Origin: Candidatus Eiseniibacteriota bacterium
GTDB taxonomy: Bacteria; Eisenbacteria; RBG-16-71-46; CAIMUX01; VGJL01
Direction: 5' to 3'
Length of the DNA stretch: 64,000 nucleotides
NCBI GenBank assembly: GCA_041946735.1
Contig: JBHGAY010000011.1
Coordinates: 74,132-138,131 of the forward strand
A program made the position numbers and the translations under genes. The notes beneath the pieces are model-generated. The model worked only from the letters and a program-made list of their open reading frames with translations, was not told the origin of the DNA and made no database searches. Below, one piece after another: positions 9,031-19,234 of the stretch. Positions within the stretch are counted from its first letter, which is position 1; each line of letters begins with the position of its first letter.

Positions 9031-10659
9031 ATGAGCAGCAAGATCGTCATGCGCGGGCTCCTGCTTGGCGCCCTGTTCGCGGCGCTGGCCGTTTCTGTCC
9101 CCGCGGCCGAGCCTTGGCCGTACCAGCCGTTCGACGAGACGCACGGCCTGGGGAACCACTTCGGAGAGTTCCAGAACTACGGCGGGGCCCCCTACTACCA
9201 TGATGGGATCGATCTCGTGACGCCGACCGGTCCAGTGCAGACCTTCTCGGTCTCCGACGGGACGCTCACGCACATCACGTACAACCAGCCGATGTACAGC
9301 GGCCTGATGATCGGCCCGCCGGTATCGGGGGGCGAAGGCTGGCTCTACTGGCACATCAACGCGACCACGATGCAGTTCGATATCGGCGACCTCGTGCAGA
9401 CGAACGATTACATCGGCACCACGGCGAACTGGCCGGTCGCGCAGTTCCATCACTGCCACTTCAACAGGGTGCGCGGAACGGGCGGCTATCCGTGGGGCTG
9501 GTACGAGGCGATCGACAATCCCCTCTTGTTCATGGAGCCGAACACGGATCCTGACGCGCCGGTCTTCGAGATCGCGTACAACGGGAAGGTCTTCGCATTC
9601 GTGAACAACGGGACGACCACGATCCAGGATCCGACCGCGCTCACCGGCAGCGTCGACATCGTGGCGCGGATCAAGGACATCGTCGGAATGCCGCAGTGGG
9701 CGCTGAACGCGTGGAAGATCGATTACTGGATCGATGGCGCCACGCAGGACGTCCCGGTGACGAACAGCGTCACCTTCTCCGGGCATATCCCTCCGGACGG
9801 GACGGTCGGCGTGATCTACTCGCTGAATGCTCCGCTGAGGACGTTCGGCGATTACGATGCGCGGATCTTCTACATGATCGTCACCAACACCGATGGAGAC
9901 GGGTTCGTGGAGTCCTCAGACGCGAACGCGAGCTGGCAGACGGCGAACTTCGCGGCTGGAGACTACTGGGTCTACGTCCGGGCTGCCGACATCGGCGGGA
10001 ATGTCGTCACCGACAGCATGATGGTGACGGTCGCGGGGCCGGTCCTTCCCGAGATCAACCTGCCGGAGGCCTCTCACGACTACGGGCAGGTCCCGACCGA
10101 TCAAGAGGTGGTCTGGCCGCTGCGGATCCAGAACCTCGGGACGAGCTGGCTGTCGATTCGCGAGGTGGTCCCGACGAACGAGTTCTTCCGCGTCGACCGC
10201 TCGCACTTCTGGGTCGCTCCTCAGGGCGAGGAGATCGTGAACGTCACCTTCGCTCCCGATCGCGAGCAGCTCTACTTCGGCGGCGTCCGCGTGCGATCCA
10301 ACGATGCGGACGAGGGGGAGATCGTCGTGAGCTTGCGCGGCGAGGGAGTGGCGCCGGCCGCCGCGCCCGATGCCGGGGCGCAGGCGGGCTTCGGGATCCG
10401 CGGGATCCGGATGGCCGGGCGGACCGGTCTCGAAGTCCTCTTCGCGCTGGACCAGGCGGGCGACGCCTCGCTGGAGATCTACGACGTCGCCGGCCGGCGG
10501 GTGCGCGCGCTTCCGCTGCGCGGGCTTGCGGCAGGAGCCGGGAGCGCCCTGTGGGACGGTCTCGATGCGGCGGGCCGGACGATGCCGAGCGCGGTGTACT
10601 TCGTGAGGCTCCAGGCAGGCGGAAAGGAGGCGAAGGCGAGCGCCGTCCTGCTCCGGTGA
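9031..10659 (+). CDS. secreted M23-like metallopeptidase with Ig-like domains and C-terminal FlgD-Ig domain
   Basis: Signal peptide; HDGID (HxxxD) and HCH (HxH) zinc motifs; NLGTSWLSI...SNDADE Ig-like segment; C-terminal IYDVAGRRVR...WDGLDAAGR...VYFVRL. Confidence 0.75.
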   Translation: MSSKIVMRGLLLGALFAALAVSVPAAEPWPYQPFDETHGLGNHFGEFQNYGGAPYYHDGIDLVTPTGPVQTFSVSDGTLTHITYNQPMYSGLMIGPPVSGGEGWLYWHINATTMQFDIGDLVQTNDYIGTTANWPVAQFHHCHFNRVRGTGGYPWGWYEAIDNPLLFMEPNTDPDAPVFEIAYNGKVFAFVNNGTTTIQDPTALTGSVDIVARIKDIVGMPQWALNAWKIDYWIDGATQDVPVTNSVTFSGHIPPDGTVGVIYSLNAPLRTFGDYDARIFYMIVTNTDGDGFVESSDANASWQTANFAAGDYWVYVRAADIGGNVVTDSMMVTVAGPVLPEINLPEASHDYGQVPTDQEVVWPLRIQNLGTSWLSIREVVPTNEFFRVDRSHFWVAPQGEEIVNVTFAPDREQLYFGGVRVRSNDADEGEIVVSLRGEGVAPAAAPDAGAQAGFGIRGIRMAGRTGLEVLFALDQAGDASLEIYDVAGRRVRALPLRGLAAGAGSALWDGLDAAGRTMPSAVYFVRLQAGGKEAKASAVLLR

Positions 10660-10838
10660 TGCGTCGATGCGCCGGGCCGCCGTCGCGACGCCGCTGCCTC
10701 CGGCGCCGCGCGCCGCCTCTGGCGCTGCGCTCCGCTCCTCCTGAAGGGGAGCGGAGCGCTTTTGTCTTCGCGGATGGCGCGGCACGTTGCCGCCGCCGGG
10801 GCGCCCGGCTATCCTCGCGGATCAAGGAGGAAGCCGGA

Positions 10839-11525
10839 GTGATCGCGAGCCGGAAGGAGCCGAAGCGCTGCGCCTGGTCCGGGACCGATCCGCTCTACGT
10901 CGCATACCACGACGAGGAGTGGGGCGTCCCCGTGCACGACGACCGCACCCATTTCGAGTTCCTCGTCCTCGACGGAGCGCAGGCGGGCCTCTCGTGGCTG
11001 ACGATCCTCCGCAAGAGAGAGGCGTATCGCAAGGCGTTCGCGGACTTCGACCCGGCGCGGGTCGCGCGCTTCACGGACGCCCGGATCGAGAGGCTGCTCC
11101 AGAATCCCGGGATCGTGCGCAACAGGAGCAAGGTCACGGCGGCGATCGCCAACGCCCGCTCCTTCCTCGAGGTCCAGCGGGAGTTCGGCAGCTTCGATCG
11201 CTACATCTGGGACTTCGTCGGGGGGAAGACGCGGAACGACCGGCGGCGGGAGATGGGGGAGATTCCTGCCAAAACCGAGGAGTCGATCGCGATGAGCAGG
11301 GATCTGGAGAAGCGCGGGTTCCGATTCGTCGGCCCTACGATCTGCTACGCCTACATGCAGGCGGCGGGTCTCGTGAACGATCACGTCGTCGATTGCTTCC
11401 GCCACCGGGAAGTCGCCGCGCTCTCGCGTGTCGCGGGGAGCGGGAAGCGGTCTGGGGACGGGGGCGAAGCGCCGGAAGGGGGCCGCGGCGCAACGAAGTC
11501 CTCCGGCGGAAGGAAGGGGCCGTAG
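10839..11525 (+). CDS. tag: DNA-3-methyladenine glycosylase I
   Basis: RCAW, YHDEEWGVP, QAGLSWLTIL, FVGPTICYAYMQAAGLVNDH..C motifs; AAGGAGG SD before GTG 10839. Confidence 0.93.
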   Translation: MIASRKEPKRCAWSGTDPLYVAYHDEEWGVPVHDDRTHFEFLVLDGAQAGLSWLTILRKREAYRKAFADFDPARVARFTDARIERLLQNPGIVRNRSKVTAAIANARSFLEVQREFGSFDRYIWDFVGGKTRNDRRREMGEIPAKTEESIAMSRDLEKRGFRFVGPTICYAYMQAAGLVNDHVVDCFRHREVAALSRVAGSGKRSGDGGEAPEGGRGATKSSGGRKGP

Positions 11526-11822
11526 ATGCCGATCTGCTGGTCGTGCCGCGCCGAGCTCCCTTACCCGCGGTATGCCGCAGTCCCGCGCGAGGGGGAATGT
11601 CCGGGCTGCCGCAAGGACCTTCACGCCTGCCGCAACTGCCGGCATTACGATCCCGGGGTGAACAATCGATGTCGCGAGCCCAACGCCGAGTGGGTGACCG
11701 ATCGCGAGAGAGCGAACTTCTGCGAGCTGTTCCAGCTCGCCGAGACGCCGCTCGGTCTCGCCGGTCCGGACCGCTCCGCCGAGGCGCGCCGCAAGCTCGA
11801 CGATCTGTTCCGCAAGGACTGA
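11526..11822 (+). CDS. small Cys-rich (putative zinc-binding) hypothetical protein
   Basis: CWSC, CPGC, CRNC, CRE and NFCE motifs; ATG immediately follows the tag stop codon. Confidence 0.75.
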   Translation: MPICWSCRAELPYPRYAAVPREGECPGCRKDLHACRNCRHYDPGVNNRCREPNAEWVTDRERANFCELFQLAETPLGLAGPDRSAEARRKLDDLFRKD

Positions 11823-11841
11823 CCGCGCTCCGGGGCGATCT

Positions 11842-12705
11842 GTGGGGCTCAAAGCCGACTACTACCGATTCCTGACCAGGCAAGGGCCGGCCGACTTCTC
11901 GCGCGGCATCCCGTATGCGCGGTGCGTCGAGTATCCCGAGGTCGTCCGCCGCCTCGCTCTCGTGCCGGAGGACCGGCTGCTCGACGTCGGCAGCCGCTAC
12001 GCGCCGCTGCCGCAAGTGCTGGCGTTGCGCTACCGGTGCAGCGTCGTCGCCGTCGATCCGGAACCGGACTTCGCGGAGCGCCAGACGGCGATGGCGCGGC
12101 GCGTGCCGGAGGCGAGGCGGCTGATGGAGGAGGGAAGGCTCCGGTTTCTCGTGCGCGATGCGGCCGGCCTTCCGTTCGAGGACGGGCATTTCACGAAGAT
12201 CTCGGCGATCAGCGTCGTCGAGCACATCGCCGACGAGCGGCCGGTGATCCGCGAGCTGGCGCGCGTGCTCGCTCCGGGCGGGCGTCTCGTTCTGTCCGTC
12301 CCTTACGATCCCTACCGGGACGAGCCGAAGTACTACCGGAGCAGCGTCTATGTGAAAGGGAGGCGGCCGGCCGAGGAGTTCTACCAGCGCTTCTACAACG
12401 ATCGCAACCTGGAGGAGCGGCTCGTGGAGCCGAGCGGGCTCCGTCCCCTCTCGATCGATCGGTTCGGGGAGGCCGCCTTCAACGCGCACAATCGGATTTA
12501 CGGCAACGCAAAGATCCCCTGGCCGGTGCGGCGCCTCTTCTTCCAACCGTTCGCCCCGATCCTCGCCCCGCTTCTGATCCGGCCGCTCGCGCCCGAGCGC
12601 TTCCGGCGCAAGACGAAGATGTACACGGCCGACATGGCGATCCTCGTTCTCGAGAAGCCCGGCCCGGGGAACGAGGCGCGCCCGCCGCGGTCAGCCGCCA
12701 GCTAG
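11842..12705 (+). CDS. class I SAM-dependent methyltransferase
   Basis: LLDVGS motif I, DAAGLPFEDGHF, SVVEHI, RVLAPGG. Confidence 0.85.
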   Translation: MGLKADYYRFLTRQGPADFSRGIPYARCVEYPEVVRRLALVPEDRLLDVGSRYAPLPQVLALRYRCSVVAVDPEPDFAERQTAMARRVPEARRLMEEGRLRFLVRDAAGLPFEDGHFTKISAISVVEHIADERPVIRELARVLAPGGRLVLSVPYDPYRDEPKYYRSSVYVKGRRPAEEFYQRFYNDRNLEERLVEPSGLRPLSIDRFGEAAFNAHNRIYGNAKIPWPVRRLFFQPFAPILAPLLIRPLAPERFRRKTKMYTADMAILVLEKPGPGNEARPPRSAAS

Positions 12706-14504
12706 TGTAGGACGACGATCTTGACGGAACCGGCCGGTCCGCCGGCAGGTCCGCGTCCACCCCACGAGCTGCCGGCGACTCCGCCCCGCGGGCTGCCGCT
12801 GGCTCCGTCCCCGGCTCCGTCCCCTGCGCCGCCGCCCGCTTCCTCCATCGCATCGGCGCGGACGAAGTAGACGCCAGCCGGGAGCCTGCGCCCCTCAGGG
12901 TCGGTTCCGTCCCACTCATAGAGCGCGCGCTCCCCGGACGCGGAGGCGAGAGGAAAGACGCTCGCCACCACACGGCCGGCGGCGTTGTGGATCGAAAGCG
13001 CCGGGGCGGTCCTCGCTCCGGCCCCGGCTCCCGTCTCGCCTTCCGGCTCGGGCGCCTGCCAGACGATCCGAGCGGGAAGCGTGCCCGGCCCCGTGAGAAG
13101 GCGCAACTCTCCGCGGCGTGCCGACTCCTCGGGAGGGGCCGGCGCGCGCGCGTCCATCGGCTCGCGGTGGAACCGTCCGACCAGAAGGCCGAAGTCGATC
13201 TCCGAAGCGATGAAGATGTCGGAGCGGAAGAAGGGATCGATGTAGGGGATGCCGTGGCAGTGGGCGTCGGCGCCGAGCGTCGGATCGCAGCAGGCGTCGC
13301 CCGGGCGCGAGGACCAGCGGGCCGGATGCTCGTAATACCCGACGCGCTGCGGATGCGCCGGGTCGCTCACGTCGAACACCTGGATCCCCTTGTTGTACCA
13401 GGCGCCATAGGCGATCGAGTCGCGGACATAGACATTGTGGACCGAATGGCAGGTTTGATCCGGCCAGATCTCCGCCACCTGCTGCGGCGAGGCGAGATCG
13501 GCGATGTTCCAGACCCGTACGTGACCGTTCGTCTTCTCGTCGCACGTGAGCAGATACGAAGGGTCCTCCAGGCGCCAGGCGGAGTGGGCGTGCAGATCGG
13601 GGCCGTCATGGCGGAATGACGCGACCAACGCCGGCGTCTGTCCGTCCCCGCACTCTCCCGGAGAGGACGGACAAAGCGGATCGCCGTCGAGAATGTCCCA
13701 GCGCGGCGGCTGCGCCCTGGAGCGGGAGACGTAGAGGACGCCGTCGCGCGCGTGCACGTCGTGCGCATAGTAGCTATCGCCGGCGGGGCCGGTGTGCTCG
13801 TGGCAGAGCCAGCGAGGGTGGGCGGGGTCCGGCTCCAGATCGAACATCTGGATGCCTTCGCCGCAGCGAATACCGGTGACATAGAGGATCCCGCGCTCGT
13901 CGATGAAGATCGTCTCGATCTCCGCCTGCGAGGGATCGTCGCACGGATGCCCGCACGAGCACGCGCAGAACTCGTTTTGCGGAATGGTCCCGACGACGAG
14001 CGGGTCCTGCGGGTTCGCCATGTCGACGATCACGATCGGGCCGTGTCGCGAGGCGGCGTAGACGTAGTGATCGTAGACGTCCACGTGGACGTAATAGTGC
14101 GTCGCGGGATCGGTCGCCGGTGGGATCGAACGGACGCGCCGCGGATGCGTGGGATCGGCGAGATCGACGACGTGCAAGGAATCAGCGCCGAGGATCGCGT
14201 ATTCGTGGCCGCCGGGCGCGACGTAGGCGCAGCAGCTCCAGATGCCGGTCGCCGACACGACCGGGTAGCTGCCGAGGATCGAGACGTAGAGGCTGTCCGC
14301 GCCGGTCGGGTCCCAGGGCGCGGGCGGCGTGGCCGGACGGGATGCGGCGGTCTCCGTCGCCACAGTCCCGACCGCCACGGCGGGGGTCGCGGACAGCAGC
14401 AGCGCGGCGAACCAGCTTGCGAGGCGGGCGGCCGGCGGCCGGCGTGAAGGGGCCTGGGTCCCAGCGAGGCGGAAGCGGAAGCGAAGGCGCGAGCGCGAGC
14501 GCAT
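12702..14504 (-). CDS. secreted LVIVD-repeat / choice-of-anchor B-like protein with C-terminal FlgD-Ig-like domain
   Basis: Repeated VDLADPTHP, VDMANPQDP, NIADLASP, FDVSDPAHP units; His-rich motifs (YAHD, HAHS, SVHN); WDGTDPEGRRLPAGVYFVR. Confidence 0.75.
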   Translation of the reverse strand: MRSRSRLRFRFRLAGTQAPSRRPPAARLASWFAALLLSATPAVAVGTVATETAASRPATPPAPWDPTGADSLYVSILGSYPVVSATGIWSCCAYVAPGGHEYAILGADSLHVVDLADPTHPRRVRSIPPATDPATHYYVHVDVYDHYVYAASRHGPIVIVDMANPQDPLVVGTIPQNEFCACSCGHPCDDPSQAEIETIFIDERGILYVTGIRCGEGIQMFDLEPDPAHPRWLCHEHTGPAGDSYYAHDVHARDGVLYVSRSRAQPPRWDILDGDPLCPSSPGECGDGQTPALVASFRHDGPDLHAHSAWRLEDPSYLLTCDEKTNGHVRVWNIADLASPQQVAEIWPDQTCHSVHNVYVRDSIAYGAWYNKGIQVFDVSDPAHPQRVGYYEHPARWSSRPGDACCDPTLGADAHCHGIPYIDPFFRSDIFIASEIDFGLLVGRFHREPMDARAPAPPEESARRGELRLLTGPGTLPARIVWQAPEPEGETGAGAGARTAPALSIHNAAGRVVASVFPLASASGERALYEWDGTDPEGRRLPAGVYFVRADAMEEAGGGAGDGAGDGASGSPRGGVAGSSWGGRGPAGGPAGSVKIVVLH

Positions 14505-14574
14505 GATCGTCCTCCTCTGCCGGCCCGCGCCGCCCCTGGACGCCGCGACGGCGTCCCTCGCGTGACCGGCTCTC

Positions 14575-15321
14575 TTACTTTCCGGCGGCGCTCTTCCTGT
14601 GGTCCATCAACCCGCCCCACCAGTCCTTGTAGAGGAAGCAGTCATCCGGAGCGCCGAGCATCTGGCGAAAGCGGGCCGGAGACACCGTGAAGGTGAGGAT
14701 CTCCGGCGGGAGGTACTTGCGCATCGCGATGTCGGTCGCCCCGATGACCGGGTGGTCCTCCCCATCGTAGAAGACCTCGCGCCACAGGTGCCCGCATCCC
14801 GAGCTGAACGGGGCCGATACGAGACGCGTGTCCGGCGACCAATAGCCGGCGAGCGTCATCAGCGCGCCGAGGCGATCCGGATCGACGAGGAACGTGACCG
14901 TCCGCACCGCATCCCATTTCTCGGGACGGAGCGGTCCGAGCAGCACAGTCTCTCCGCGGACCGCAGGTGGCACGGCGCGGTCGAGGAATGCCTGCGCGAT
15001 CTCCGCCGAGGCGCGAAGCCCCTCGCCCGGCGGGGCCCCCACTCCGTCGGTCAGGAAGTGCGCCATCGTGTCCGGATAGCTCTTCTGCAACCCGAGCGCC
15101 CGTTGGGCGCCCGGGCAGCCGAACGATCCCTTGCGAATCACCGCCGTCTCGCCGGCGATCCAGCGATCGTAATAGGCGAAGCAGCAAGCGTGCCCCTTCA
15201 CTTCGATGCACGGCGCGAACCCGTCGTCCGGCTCCGTGTCGTAGACCGCCAGGATCGGCGTCGTCAGGCGCAGGCTCTTCCTAAGGCGCTCGATGCTCGG
15301 GCCGTCGATTCCGCTTTGCAT
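14575..15321 (-). CDS. DUF169-like protein
   Basis: CCF...FGCPGA, VTFLVDPDRL, PFSSGC and IGATDIAMRK pattern; strong GAGGAGG SD. Confidence 0.7.
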   Translation of the reverse strand: MQSGIDGPSIERLRKSLRLTTPILAVYDTEPDDGFAPCIEVKGHACCFAYYDRWIAGETAVIRKGSFGCPGAQRALGLQKSYPDTMAHFLTDGVGAPPGEGLRASAEIAQAFLDRAVPPAVRGETVLLGPLRPEKWDAVRTVTFLVDPDRLGALMTLAGYWSPDTRLVSAPFSSGCGHLWREVFYDGEDHPVIGATDIAMRKYLPPEILTFTVSPARFRQMLGAPDDCFLYKDWWGGLMDHRKSAAGK

Positions 15322-15671
15322 GACCGGTCCCTCCTCCTCCTCGTCGATCCCTCTCCTCGTCCATCCCTGCGACCGGGCCGTCGCCCCGGCCGTTCGTCTC
15401 GCCGTCCACCGGAAGGCGGATCTCTGTCGGTCTCGCGTCTGTCCACTGTTGCGTGCGTGCCCCGTCGTTACATCGAGCCGACCAGGCGACGGTAGCGCAG
15501 GGGCCGGGCGACGGTCCATCGGACGGCGCCGGCGCCGGCGCTGGCGCCTTTGCGCCGCCATCGCCCGGACGCCTGCCACCGCATCTGGGTGGACCCGCGC
15601 GCGCGGATTCCTTTCTCGCGACTCGGAGATCGCGCGATAATCCGGCGTCCGCGACGCAGAGGAGGGGACGA

Positions 15672-16064
15672 ATGGAGAGGATCTTCTTCGGGCTCGGCTG
15701 CCTGTCGGCCGGCATCGGTGTGGCGATGGGAGCATTCGGCGCGCACGCGTGGAAGGAGAGGCTCGGTCCCGTCCTCGGAGCGACGTTCGAGACGGCCGCC
15801 CGCTACCAGCTGATCCATGCTTTGGCGCTTCTCGCGGTCGGGCTAGCTCTCGCCTCCGGGCGGTTCGGTCCGCAAGCGCGACTGGTCGCGTCCGGATGGC
15901 TCTTCGTGGCGGGAACGGTCCTCTTCTGCGGGAGCCTCTACCTGCTCTCGATGACCGGCTCGCGCTGGCTCGGCGCCATCACCCCGCTGGGCGGCCTCTG
16001 CTTCCTGGCCGGGTGGGCGATCCTCGCCTGGAGCGCCCTCTCGGGCGGCGCGCCGTCCCGCTGA
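15672..16064 (+). CDS. DUF423 family membrane protein
   Basis: GAFGAH, FETAARYQLIHAL, LFCGSLY, GAITPLGG; GGAGG SD. Confidence 0.9.
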   Translation: MERIFFGLGCLSAGIGVAMGAFGAHAWKERLGPVLGATFETAARYQLIHALALLAVGLALASGRFGPQARLVASGWLFVAGTVLFCGSLYLLSMTGSRWLGAITPLGGLCFLAGWAILAWSALSGGAPSR

Positions 16065-16106
16065 GGACGTGACGACCCCGCCGCCCGAGCCGCGGGCGAA
16101 TCGGGG

Positions 16107-16601
16107 TCAGCGCAAGAGCGATTCGATCACCGCCCGGTGTTGCGGGAACTTGCGGATCAGCTCCTCCCGCTCCGCGAGCTCGAAGTCCATAGGATCGAAC
16201 CCGGGCGAGGTCGTGCAGCCGACGAGCGCCCAATCGCCGCCCTCGGCAATGCGCGCGGCGAACCAGAGCCCGGCCTCGACGACGACGATCAACGACTCGC
16301 CGGCGTCGATGTTCGGGCCGAGACGCCTCTTCTCCAGCGTTCCGTTCGGGTGCAGCACATGGAGGACGATCGGGTCGCCGCGGTAGAAGTGCCAGATCTC
16401 GTCGGACGCCAGCCGGTGGAACGTCGAGAAGGTGGTGCGGTCGAGAAGGTAGTAGATCGCAGTCGCGATCGATCGCGTCCCTTCGAGCTTCCCGGGATGC
16501 TTGTCGATGGTCAGCCGGGAGCGATACACCTCGCGGAACCATCCCCCCTCGGGATGCGGAAGGAGCTGGAGCGAGTCCATCCACTTCTTGGCGCTTTCCA
16601 T
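16107..16601 (-). CDS. cupin domain protein (Cupin_5/DUF985)
   Basis: LLPHPEGGWFRE, TAIYYLL, FHRLASDEIWHFY.G, LVGCTTSPGF..DFELA. Confidence 0.9.
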   Translation of the reverse strand: MESAKKWMDSLQLLPHPEGGWFREVYRSRLTIDKHPGKLEGTRSIATAIYYLLDRTTFSTFHRLASDEIWHFYRGDPIVLHVLHPNGTLEKRRLGPNIDAGESLIVVVEAGLWFAARIAEGGDWALVGCTTSPGFDPMDFELAEREELIRKFPQHRAVIESLLR

Positions 16602-16658
16602 GAGCCTCCTCCTGTCTGCCGCAACTTCTCCCCGTAGGGATGGCGAAAGGTCCCGACC

Positions 16659-18995
16659 CTATCGACGCCGCGCCGGCCGCCGCCACGCCGCCCCTCGCCG
16701 GCCACTCCGCCCCGCCGCTCCCCGCTTGCCCGCCTTGCTTCCGATCCAGCGATCCAGCCAGGCGGCGATGCGGCGCAGTCGCTCGATCCGGCGGTCGGGA
16801 CGTCCGTCCCGGCTCATCCCGTGCGACTCCTCAGGATACCGGTGGAACTCGACCGGCACCCCCCGCGAGCGCAGCGCGGCGTAGAGCTGTTCCGCCTGCT
16901 CGATCGGGCACCGGTCGTCGCGCTCCTGATGCTCGATCAGGGTCGGCGTCTTCATCGCGTCCGCATAGGCGATCGGCGACATCGCGAGCCAGTGGGCCGG
17001 GTCGCTCCAGGCAGGCCGCCCTCCGAAGATCCGGTGCCAGTGATAGCCGAAGTCGCTCGTTCCCGCAAAGCTCATCAGGTTCGTGACGCTCCTTTGTGTC
17101 ACGGCGGCGGCGAAGCGGTCGGTATGGCCGAGGATCCAGTTCGTCATATAGCCGCCGTAGCTGCCGCCACAGACCGCGAGGCGGCGCCGGTCGATCTGCG
17201 GATAGCGGGCGAGAACCTCGTCGGTGAAGTCCATGAGGTCGGAGTAGTCCAGGCGGCCCCAGTCATCGTGAATCGCCGCCAGATGCTTCTCGGAGTAGCC
17301 GGTGCCTCCGCGCGGGTTGCAGTAAAAGACCGCATAGCCGAGCCCGGCCAGGAACTGGAATTCGTGAAAGAAGATGTTCCCGTACTGGGTGGCAGGCCCG
17401 CCGTGAATGTACAGGACGCCGGGAATCTTGCCTGGCGTGCGCGCGGTCGCGCCCGCCTTCCGGCCTCCGGCTGCGCGGCGAGCGAGGCCCGCGCCGCTCC
17501 GGCCGCCCGCGGCGCGGTCGGGCAGGAGCACCCATCCCTGGAGCTTCGCTCCTCCACGGCCGCGGAACCACAGCTCCTCCGGAAGAGCGATCGTTCGCGC
17601 GCGCATCCAAGCGCTCCAGCGCGTCAGCGGCTCGAAGACGGAACCTTCTTGCGGCGCGGCGCCGGTCTCTTCCGCGCCCGCGCCGGAAGCTGCCGCAGCG
17701 CGCCGCCGGCGCGCCGGGCTCCGGCCGGGCGGGGGCGGCACGATCCGGTACAGCTCGCCAACGGTGGATGGACCGGCGAACGTCGCGTAGACCGCAGGGT
17801 GTCGCCAGTCGATATCGAAGTGAAGGATCGCCCCCTTGTGGTCGATGACGCGTGCCGGCTTGCGATCGCGCACGTTCACTCGCCACAGCTCGTCGTTCCC
17901 CTCATTCGACACGAGGAAGTAGATCCACCGGCCGTCGGGAGACCAGACCGGGGGCAGGATGCCCAGCGCTCCGAAGCAGTCGCCGATCACGCTGCGATCG
18001 CAAAGACGGTCGAGCGAGTCGGTGAGCGGGACCGGGCGGCCGCCCGTCGCGGGAGCGACCCATAGCTTCACGAAGCGCAGATCCCAGGCGAGGCTCGGAT
18101 CTTCCCGCCCCATGAAGGCGATCCTTTCGCCGTCCGGGCTCAGAGAGAACTCCCCGCAATAGCCGTCGAGCAGGCGCACGCGCTCGATCGGGCCTCCGCG
18201 CGCGGGCATCCGCCAGATCTGCGAGCGCTCGAAGTCCATGTCGGGGTCGGCCGTCCGGTTGCTGTTGAAGTAGATCCACCGGCCGTCCGGAGAGAAGACC
18301 GGAATGTTTTCGGCATAACGATCGTCGCGCGTCAGCTGATGGGTCTTGCCCGACGCGACCTCGACTGTCCAGACGTGAGGGCGGCCGGGCGGCAGGAAAC
18401 CGCCTCCATCGACCTTGTACAAGAGGCGATCGATCACGCGGACCCGCGGGGCATCCTGTCCCGGCTCGCCGCGCTTCTTGCGCTCCTCGCGCTCCTTCGC
18501 TTCCGGATCGGGCGAGGAGAAGACGAAGACGAGGCTCCGGCCGTCCGGGTGGAACTGGAGCCAGGAGATGCCGCCGCCGAGCTTCGTGAGCTGCCGCGCC
18601 TCTCCCCCGTCGGTCGGGACGATCCAGATCTCCGTCTTGCCCGAGCGGTCGGATAGGAAGGCGAGGCTCTTGCCGTCGGGCGAGAAGCGGGGGGAGGTGT
18701 CCATGCCGCTGCCGCTCGTGAACGGCCGGGGAGCGCCAGCGCGGCGCGCCGCGCGTGCGGGCGACAGTCCGGCGCTTTCTCTCGCTCTGGCCGCGGCTCG
18801 GGCTCCGGCGCCGACTCCGGCTCCGGCACCGGCCGCCGCTCCCGTCGGGACCATCCAAATCTGGCTCCGCCGCTTCAGCTTTTCCGAATCGTTCTGCATC
18901 ACGACGACGGCGGCCCAGCTCCCATCCGGAGAGAGGACGCACTCCCCCGGCAGCGACATCTTGTAGATGTCTTCGGCACGGATCCTTCCTGGCAT
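16659..18995 (-). CDS. S9 family peptidase (acylaminoacyl/prolyl oligopeptidase) with PD40 propeller
   Basis: IHGGP, NPRGGTGY, GGSYGG nucleophile, D.RCP, EESHG; N-terminal SPDG repeats. Confidence 0.92.
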   Translation of the reverse strand: MPGRIRAEDIYKMSLPGECVLSPDGSWAAVVVMQNDSEKLKRRSQIWMVPTGAAAGAGAGVGAGARAAARARESAGLSPARAARRAGAPRPFTSGSGMDTSPRFSPDGKSLAFLSDRSGKTEIWIVPTDGGEARQLTKLGGGISWLQFHPDGRSLVFVFSSPDPEAKEREERKKRGEPGQDAPRVRVIDRLLYKVDGGGFLPPGRPHVWTVEVASGKTHQLTRDDRYAENIPVFSPDGRWIYFNSNRTADPDMDFERSQIWRMPARGGPIERVRLLDGYCGEFSLSPDGERIAFMGREDPSLAWDLRFVKLWVAPATGGRPVPLTDSLDRLCDRSVIGDCFGALGILPPVWSPDGRWIYFLVSNEGNDELWRVNVRDRKPARVIDHKGAILHFDIDWRHPAVYATFAGPSTVGELYRIVPPPPGRSPARRRRAAAASGAGAEETGAAPQEGSVFEPLTRWSAWMRARTIALPEELWFRGRGGAKLQGWVLLPDRAAGGRSGAGLARRAAGGRKAGATARTPGKIPGVLYIHGGPATQYGNIFFHEFQFLAGLGYAVFYCNPRGGTGYSEKHLAAIHDDWGRLDYSDLMDFTDEVLARYPQIDRRRLAVCGGSYGGYMTNWILGHTDRFAAAVTQRSVTNLMSFAGTSDFGYHWHRIFGGRPAWSDPAHWLAMSPIAYADAMKTPTLIEHQERDDRCPIEQAEQLYAALRSRGVPVEFHRYPEESHGMSRDGRPDRRIERLRRIAAWLDRWIGSKAGKRGAAGRSGRRGAAWRRPARRR

Positions 18996-19234
18996 TCGCA
19001 ACCCCCTTCCCGAGCGATGGCGATGCGGACGTACGGCGGCCGCCGACGAGCGACGCGGCGAACAGTCCCACGCGGCGCGCGGCAGCATCGTGCCGGCCCC
19101 GGGCGAGTGTAGGCTCGCCGCCCGGCGAGCGCCACGCAAACCGGCCTTTTCCGCCGCGGCTCGCCCTGCCAGCCGCTGCTTGCTCCTTCGCGTCTCCCTT
19201 TCGGCTCGTCGGCGCCGGTCGCATAATGGTCCGC

